The notes beneath the pieces are model-generated. The model made no database searches, had not been told where the DNA came from, and was given only the letters and a program-made list of their open reading frames with translations. A stretch of DNA of 64,000 bases. It comes from Tubulanus polymorphus (lineage: Eukaryota; Animalia; Nemertea). Below are positions 56,701-64,000 of this stretch, in pieces (the stretch's first letter is position 1; each line of letters begins with the position of its first letter). The stretch is from NCBI RefSeq assembly GCF_964204645.1, contig NC_134029.1, forward strand, positions 23,802,950 to 23,866,949, read 5' to 3'. The position numbers and the translations under genes are program-made.

Positions 56701-59302
56701 CGCGTTGAACACGGTCAGTCCTGAAATTACACATACAACTGCGGTAGTTCTTTGGAGATTCGCAGAGGAGACGTGTTTAACTGGTGTAGAATAAACACAA
56801 CGAGACGGATAGCACTTTATAGGTTAACTAGTTTATTAGACGCACAATGAAAAGCTCGTGATTCTAAATAGACTAGTTAACCTATAAAGTACTAATCGTC
56901 CCGTAGTTCTTCGTGAAGTTCTTTGAGTAATAGTCATTAGTTTAAGACATATTTAATTCGAATAGCTTTCTAAAAAATTCATTATTGTCCATTAGATATT
57001 CCCATACGTATTTGTTTGAAATGGAATTTGAAAAAACAAGCGAATCAAATCATTTTTAACAATCTATTGCAGTAAAATGCGTGCCGCATCTGATATACTC
57101 ATATATACCGAACTGTAGAATGAATTACAACTTGTTCAACAAGGAAACAAATAACTTTAAAATCTGTAAGTAAAAACTACAGAGCATTTTATGAAGCCTA
57201 TGAAGGTTTACTTTGAATGTTGTCCTCGTGAAGATCCCAATAGCAATTATACAAATTATTTGAGGCTTCCTTTTCGTGAAACCCGACTTTGTACTTCGTA
57301 ATTTTCGTTTTTTATTCTATAGTCTGGCGACCCATGAATGGATCACCGGCAGGAAAGACGCCTTTCACATATAGCAACCCGGCTACAAATGAGTTACCCA
57401 TATCGGGCAAATTCTCCACCTACGATGGAGGAGGATACGTAGCCGAACTCGGTCAGAGTGTCGAATTGGGTCTTTTAGTTGTAAATCAATTGAAACAAAC
57501 CAACTGGTTAGATCAGTACACCAGAGCTCTCTTCGTCGAAGCTACAATTTACAACGCGAATACGAACTTATTTTCTTCGTTAAAATTGATGGTTGAGTTA
57601 CCTGCCGATTCTGGTATTTTTCCCAGTATCTCGAGCTGGACATTTCGCCCATACCCGTACGTCAATGTGTGGGACCTAGTACTACTAGTACTTCAGATAA
57701 TCTGGATTATAGTCGTTATAATAGTAACGATTATGCAAATACGCGATATGGTTGTGATGCGTAAGACGTATTTTCGCGACGCTTGGAATTATGTGCAATG
57801 GATGAATATTCTGCTATCTTTCACCAGTTCGGTTCTATATGTTCTGCGTACTGTTAAAACAGTGAAAACCGTTGAGGCCACGCTTACTAATACCGGTATG
57901 TAGCGGTACAAAGGAACAAAACCTTTCTTTTTCAAAACTTTGTTTTGGATTTTGTAACCATTTATTTAGTACTTTTGTAGAGGAACCGGGTTGACGAGTA
58001 GTACTATATAGGTTAACTATTTCATATGACGCACGAGCTTTCGCTTATATCAGCTTCATCAGGTGAATGAGTGAAATGTAGTGAAAGCTCGTGCGTCAAT
58101 TAAAATAGTTAACCTACAGCACTACAAATTTAGCACTAAGGGATTCGTGTTTTGGTAGTCGAATCTCTCTTCTTGCGAAATAAAAAAACAATTTGTATTC
58201 TTTTTTTTCAGATAAATTCGTGTCATTTGATGAGATCATGTTGTATGATGATCTGTTCACGTATATGCTGGCGGTTGTCTGTTTTATCTCAATACTACAG
58301 CTTCTGCAACCGCTTTCTTATAACTATTTCTTCGCGCTATTCAAAGTTACGATCAAGCGATCATTCCGCACGATCATCTCGGCGTTCGCTTTCATGATGA
58401 TCTTTATCGTAATGATCGGTCAGGTGATGGTGATAACAGTCGGGTATTCGGCACCGGGGGTTCGTACGATCCCGTTGGCGTATTGGAATCTATTCCGCCT
58501 AATGCTCGGGCATATCAAATACGCCGAGATGATGGTCGACGTGTCCGATGTTTTCCGCGCTTTCACCTTCTCCGCGTCGCAGCTAATTTTGAACCTGGTG
58601 TTTTTCAACTTGTGTATCTCGGTGTATATATCAATGTACGATGCGGTGCGACGTTCGACCGAGGATCCCGATGGCTACGACCGAGTAATGAACGAACATT
58701 TCTGGTCACGGTTGCATATGTTATGGGCCGCGATCACGAACAAAGATCCGTCCATGTGGTCGTATGATGTCCAGAGAACTCTACACGAAGAGCACGTTCC
58801 CGGACATCACGGTAATACCAGAAATACAGCCGCGTGAAGTCTTACAATTATGACACTGATTAAAATATGAAATATGATTTTGACAGATGATACCATGGCT
58901 TTGATGCCAGAGCAGCGGTATGTCCACGAAAGTCCGAATATTTCGGCCTTTGAAGTCGTCAGGCTGACCAACATGGTTTGTATGAAATCTACATTGAAAT
59001 CTTAACGCTTCCCAAGCGTTTGAAAGTTCTTAAACACATGTTTATGTTTATGTTGTTACGTTTAGATCGACGGAACTTTATCTCAGTTCATTAAGACGTA
59101 CAGATCGGATATGGAAAATGTAAAGAACGATGCCAAACAGGCTCGACGAATGTCTGATCTTGTGAAGGAACAACTTAAACATACACAGGACGAATTGGCT
59201 AAAACCACGCAACACGTATCAACATTGAAAGCAGTAGTGAAATCCGCTGTGAATAATACAGATCTACTCGCACACCGGGAACTCTGGAATACAATCTGGT
59301 AA
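44780..59302 (+). CDS. Polycystin-1-like (PKD1L2/L3-type) receptor-channel: signal peptide, mucin stalk, GAIN/GPS remnant, PLAT, multi-TM PKD channel, coiled coil
   Basis: Signal peptide MKKIKMW|TAIAMLIACFV|VAVEA from exons 44780-44800, 47710-47743 and 47855-; APPNTIDF...NPYVL...WARRADRND; PLAT YKITIQT...AGSTANV...IWHDNTGKSPAWLL; HVWFSVFKRPNKSRFTRVQR; TYDGGGY...NWLDQYTRALFVE; YFRDAWN. Confidence 0.9.
47508..47545 (+). ncRNA. Degenerate hammerhead-like core in foldback element 47486-47589
   Basis: CUGAAGA-U-GAGGUU(loop)AACCUC-GAA-ACCGUU; stem I poor. Confidence 0.4.
47944..48650 (+). repeat. Coding mucin-like tandem repeats: 69-bp (23 aa) x ~7.5, then 18-bp (VAPTSS) units
   Basis: Unit starts at 47944, 48013, 48082, 48151, 48220, 48289, 48358 and 48427; two N-x-T sequons per full unit. 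Confidence 0.92.
51437..52687 (-). CDS. Intronless rhodopsin-class GPCR (FMRFamide-receptor-like / invertebrate expanded family), nested antisense in PKD intron
   Basis: 416 aa, seven hydrophobic segments; GSVLN (TM1), LAVSD (TM2), IAIERF (DRY equivalent), INFFIY (TM7). Confidence 0.88.
   Translation of the reverse strand: MDNFTTITTTTRRIYRTVVKTPDYIIAFRRFTDFIYKYNRIFRYVFLLPPGSVLNFLTIILLIKCRRYQSVRYTFPYLITLAVSDQLVVLFELEKFPRHLKTFLVSRLGFYRECRTTFLTFAKHSKLCPSLYYFYKYFYYLPRRLFPSCIFSNLFYNQAISVSNYTVIVIAIERFVSIRFPFFHMKHFTVTRRKLAVGFVIFWAYFMNLDSAIIRNRVNLHKNRRYNETYDHLTCDQTMRYPNVWFRESLSAVKTFLQDIFPSVMIVILSVLTAVLRNKRSEMRAKRTDHHQSSASKTLLVVVIVYVLLVFPQAAVKCIYNLMSAIQPVLFRNHGISIGSISFPHFTFFLSNLWFELEKFLLTFRQFVFGINFFIYIGTLEVFRNQFIKLFTDCFCCKMKLKRQQNQMNQAESRIT
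53242..53290 (+). ncRNA. Minimal hammerhead ribozyme (Penelope-like)
   Basis: CGC-CUGAUGA-U-GGC...GCC-GAA-ACGU-U-GUG; cleavage-site base is U. Confidence 0.6.
58032..58065 (-). ncRNA. Minimal hammerhead ribozyme within foldback element ~57999-58126
   Basis: Minus strand CAC-CUGAUGA-A-GCU(GAUAUA)AGC-GAA-AGCU-C-GUG; a related element lacking the core lies at 56812-56892. Confidence 0.7.
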
Positions 59303-59379
59303 TTTATTTCAGGTCTTTTAAAAGCGCTCGAGTATCTTTTATCGGTCTAGTTTGGGTCATTGTTTAGATTTTCTGTCAG

Positions 59380-62332
59380 TCTCAGATATGAAGAAGATGA
59401 TGGTATAGCTTGTCAGATGCGGAGTATGTCGGATGAGATGTGCGGTGATGGTGCTATTGCAGTAACCAGAGAAGATGTCATTACACCGCAAACACCTATC
59501 ATTTCTCGTGTATACGGCCCTGCTCGCAGATTCAGTTTGAAGGTTTATCACGCGGCTAAAGAGGTACGCATAGACAAATACGAATAATTTACCAAAATTT
59601 TCATAACAAGAAATGATAGCCAAAATGTATCGTCGTATTCCTGATCTATTTATGATCCGTAAAGAAGATGCCTTTTGTAGTAACATTGCCACTTAGAAAT
59701 CAAAACCTGCCCTAGCAAATCCGTAGTGGAAACCAGAGTCCCGGGTTCAAATTTATGGTTAGAACAAAGTTATACAACGTCAATCTCATTGAAAAGCATT
59801 CGAAGTTTTTGGACGACGGAGCTTGGAAATTCTAGTCTGCCGATCTGGACAAGCCATGCGCATTTTTCTATTCGAATTATTTTGCCTCGTATTTCAACAG
59901 GAGGTATTGTACCTAGCGATACCTGTATCCAAAACACCAATATCCGATCATGAAGAATTTGTTATAATGGTGAAAAATACGAATGAAATTGACCACTGGC
60001 AAGAAATGCCATCGACATTGGAGAAATTTGAGCTAGCACCTGAGGATCAAGAGTTGTGTGATGTAAGATTTTCGGGATTTTGATTTTACTCGCTACTTTA
60101 TCTGCTGGAGTTCGTATGTGTTATTTGTTATTTGATGAATGCTTATAAAGATAAATGGACATTTTCTAGGACGAATTTTGCGTGCTAGCTGCCTTGAATA
60201 ACCTGCCCCTTTTAGCCGTACCAGTTGCTATTTGGAAACGTGAACTATTCATGGCGGAACCTTCAGGAAGCGTGTTCGATTCATCCGTAAATAAAGGAGT
60301 CAAAATCTCAGTACCCTCAAATTGTTTTGATTGTCCGACACCGATCACGATGCATGTATGTACTTCTCCTAGAGAATATAGATATTGTATTATTGAATAT
60401 TCTTTTCTTACTATTAAATATTTGCCTTGTAGGTGATTCCAGTCGATAGAACTATCAATCGTCTCACCCAGGAGAATATATGTATTTCACCAACTGTTAT
60501 TGTTCAAATCACAACTACATGTAACCGAGAAGTCCAATTCATTTTACCTTTCTTTCGTCCAGCAAGTGATACAGGTATATTTCTAATCTAACTGCTTATC
60601 ACTTGAATCTTATTATATACTTTTCATCTATAAACATGTATATATGTGTATATCCAGGAACCAACTTTCGGTATCCATTTTTACTCACGCGAAAAGAATG
60701 TGGTGAATGGATCGATGAGGTTTCTACCGCTGGAGTGACCGTCATCGCTGATTCGGTTACTATCAATCTGAAAGTGCCAAGTTCGTACGTAAACCGCCAA
60801 ATCTAAACGATATTGAATATGAAGATATATATTCGGTTTTTTAAAGGTTTCGTTACTAACAGAGGTTTCCATTACTGTTACAGCGTGACGTTTAGTTTCT
60901 TTGTTAAATGTCGTGATGGCGGCTCATGGGTATGTACGGAAATGCAGTACTCGTTCTGGGAATCTGCTTTTTTGGCTCGGGTAGGATTCAATTTTGCTAG
61001 GACGTATCATCGGCTCTATTCTATCGCCTTCGTTGTAAAGTCAAGGTTTCAGTTAGTTAGTTATCTGATGTTTTTAACGTATTGTCTCGCACTGATGATT
61101 CACCTTTCATACACAATTTGCTTCAATGCTGAGTTTTTATAGGAAAAGAAAAACATTCTAAAAAATGTTTATTTCATTTTAGTTCCGTGATGATAGAAAA
61201 GGACACCGTTTAGGTAAATGCACCATGCAGTGGCCGGTTGCACAGTTTTAGCTTAGATTTTAAGCCTGTCTAAGCCAAACTTTGTTTTATACCCAATCTA
61301 ACAACTTATGTCGAGTAGTCTAAGATCTGAGACACGTTTTGGACTTAGGTCACGACCGTACAACTGGACACAGTTTTCGAAAACGTCTAAATTAATACAG
61401 ATATGAGATTATATGTAAACGTTAAGGTATGAAATGATACAGTGAAATGTTTCAGATCCGGTAACGGCAGCATTTCTGGCGCATATCGGAAGTGATATTG
61501 GCTCATCGTGGCGTGAGATGGGTGTTTACCTTCAAGTCTCTCAAACGTTGCTGAACACGTTGAAAAGAAATAGAACGATGAACAATATGCAAAAAGCAAA
61601 TGCTGTCTTATCGAAGTGGCTCGGTACACAAGAGATGTCATCTGATAAAGTAAGCTCTGATGAATCGATTTCATACCATATACACAATACATTAGAAAAT
61701 CAAAGTAGAAATTTTTTTTCTAAAATGTATTTGTATTTATTTGCAGTTGACTAAATTGAGACAGAGTATGGAACTATGTCGAAGATATGACGTCATCGAA
61801 ACTATTGACCAATACTCGAGGGAATTCAAGAAAGTGACGATGAAAATGACCACTGGTTAGTGCCATCTTTGGGGTCTAAAATAAGGGAGTTATACGTCTC
61901 AATTATGCGCTATCACATTTTTCAGAATCCAATCTAACGAAATCAATAAATGCCGTCATAAAAAGTAAAAGGGTCACAGATAATTGGAGATTGCTAGCCG
62001 AAGGGCTAAACATTTCTGAAACATTCGTCAAATCTCTGGATGACGCTGTTCCGCCTATGGCCACGACAGAGAAATGCTTCGCCGTGTTGATAGAATGGAA
62101 AAATAATGACCCGACAGCTAATATCCATCAGTTACAACATCGTTTATCAAACATGGACTGTAAAACGATCAGCAGTAAGCATTCGCAGTAATATTTAATG
62201 AGGGTGAATCCACCACACAATATGATAAAAGCTATAAACTCATCAATCATTTATTACTGTGCTATTAAATTCATACGATGAAATGGAAATATTCATTCTA
62301 CTTTTGCAGACACTATGAACCGATTCACCTGA
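59380..62332 (+). CDS. ZU5-like x2 plus tandem death-domain module (11 phase-consistent exons), probably the C-terminus of the PKD1-like protein
   Basis: GVKISVPSNCFDCPTPITMHV...ISPTVIV...VQFILP (ZU5-like); IGSDIGSSWREMGVYLQVS...AVLSKW...RYDVIE and DNWRLLAEGLNISE...CFAVLIEWK (death domains); stop TGA at 62330, AATAAA ~62416. Confidence 0.72.
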
Positions 62333-63455
62333 TCAGAAGTCCATTCAGAGTTGTGATCAACCGCGCGTGATTTATTCCGTTAATTTGTATATTCAACATA
62401 TCTTTAGTTAGTTAAAATAAATATCTTTTCAAACGAATTCTGTACAAGTTCAATATTCTTAGTTGTTGGCAGTTTGGCAACCTAAACACCGGACAAAACG
62501 GAGCAGATGTTAGAAAATTGCCAAGGCCGGCCGGGGTCTAGCGGATACGACCTCGGTGAGACCTGTTCGGATGCGGCCGCCGTTGGAAGCCGTTCTGGGC
62601 TCGGTGTTAGATATTTTAGAAGAAATCAACGCTTAACGATGCAATTTCCGGGAGTATGCGTGTCAAATAGGCTGGGACTGGTTTTTAGACTGGTCTACCT
62701 TTCAACCCCCTGGGCGCTTACTCGAATTGTTGAGTTTGCCCCCGGGTTAAAGGTACCGGTCAAAACCGGCCCCGGGTTTTTATCTCTCCTCCGCCCGTTC
62801 ACAAGTCTGGTAGATCTCAAGACTGTCCACTAGTTTCTGATTTTGACTAGTTTCTAAGTTGTGCACCGAGTTCCAGGTCAGTCACCCCTCATTATTGATA
62901 TTGACTGCAAGTCGCGGCCAGGGATGATGCCAGGCAAGCAATCTACTCACCGACCCCCAACCACCAGCAAAATCCGTCCTACCACCGACTCGACGCATGG
63001 TACCCTAGCCCTGTTCGTAAAAAGAAAAAATAAATTCTGTTTTTATTTTCGAAAGTTTTGCGGTATTAACGCCCCGCAAAATAATCGTGTCCGTGAATAT
63101 TGTTACGCTAGCTGTATTCGCATTCCGCGTCTGAATCCGCGTTTTTATCTGCAATAAGTAAAACATGGTTTTGGAATTTACGGACCGGACTATGAACCGG
63201 ACTGATCAAACATATCCTATGTAAATAGCAACAACATGATGACATTTGATTCGTGAACACACGTATCCCGCCACAACTACAGTTATTTAGACAAAACGGG
63301 TAATACAGCATGCTAGATGGCTGGCTCAATTTTAATAGTTAATAGAACTGCTTCTTGGGGTGCAAATCGCAAGTGTCATTTCCACCAGAAACTTTTTTAA
63401 GTCCCAACCAGTCCATCCACGGTTTCGCCCCCAAACAAAGTCCTTAATCTGTCAG

Positions 63456-63562
63456 TGGTTTAGTTTCACGATCGGATATTTTCACAAACCACATATAACC
63501 ACATTGGTATTAGCCCATCCGATTATAAAAAGCTTGCCACCAACGATTAGATAGCCTAACTA
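63456..63562 (-). repeat. Dispersed repeat family R copy
   Basis: Matches 5436-5520 and 6276-6405. Confidence 0.75.
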
Positions 63563-63577
63563 TTTCGTCCCTATGCC

Positions 63578-63735
63578 CTGAATACGTCAGTCGTTGTTAC
63601 CGGTTCCCTGTTGTTTGTGAAACGACGGCTAGTAGGTACTGGGGCGAAATAGTCTAGTACCTAGCCGTCGTTCTACAAACAACCCGCAGGGAACCCGTAG
63701 CTTGTAGGGAACCCATAACAACGACCGGTATTCAG
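63578..63735. repeat. Imperfect inverted repeat
   Basis: CTGAATAC...GTCGTTGTTA...GGTTCCCTG...AACGACGGCTAG pairs with CTAGCCGTCGTT...CAGGGAACC...TAACAACGAC...GTATTCAG. Confidence 0.6.
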
Positions 63736-64000
63736 ACTAACTCCTTTCCTGACACTGACAGGTGCTCTATTGAAAAACAGTATAATGGAAAGTGCAGCTT
63801 TTAACTTGACTTGTAAAGCTAGTTTGTTCAGTTGAACAGATTGTAGCTGAGTTGAAAAGTACAGAACACCGATGAATCCACAATTGCATTTGCGTGTTTG
63901 AATAACTAGTTCAGCATAGTTAAAAATCTTTGGCTTCCTGCTGTTCATTTCAAGTCACGAAGAGTCAAGAAAAGATTGATCTATGATATGAATAGTCACT

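Overview
Gene-dense, intron-rich eukaryotic DNA from an invertebrate animal (lophotrochozoan-like; the taxon cannot be determined from sequence). 1-32 kb holds housekeeping and RNA-biology genes assembled from phase-consistent exons: PGAP2IP/CWH43 (partial, -), ABHD8 (+), GUF1 (+), DCTN3 (-), LARP6 (+) and YTHDC2 (-). 33-43 kb is repeat-rich and apparently non-coding; it begins with a long foldback of two RTE-LINE fragments whose mismatches are biased toward G:U pairs on the + strand. 44.8-62.3 kb is a polycystin-1-like gene (signal peptide, mucin stalk, degenerate GPS with an adjacent RKRR site, PLAT, PKD channel, coiled coil). It appears to splice across an 81-nt intron into ZU5-like domains and two death domains, and it hosts an antisense intronless GPCR in the intron that splits its GPS. 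Introns carry many MITEs, two tRNA-derived SINEs and several minimal Penelope-type hammerhead ribozymes. All calls come from reading by eye; no searches were run.
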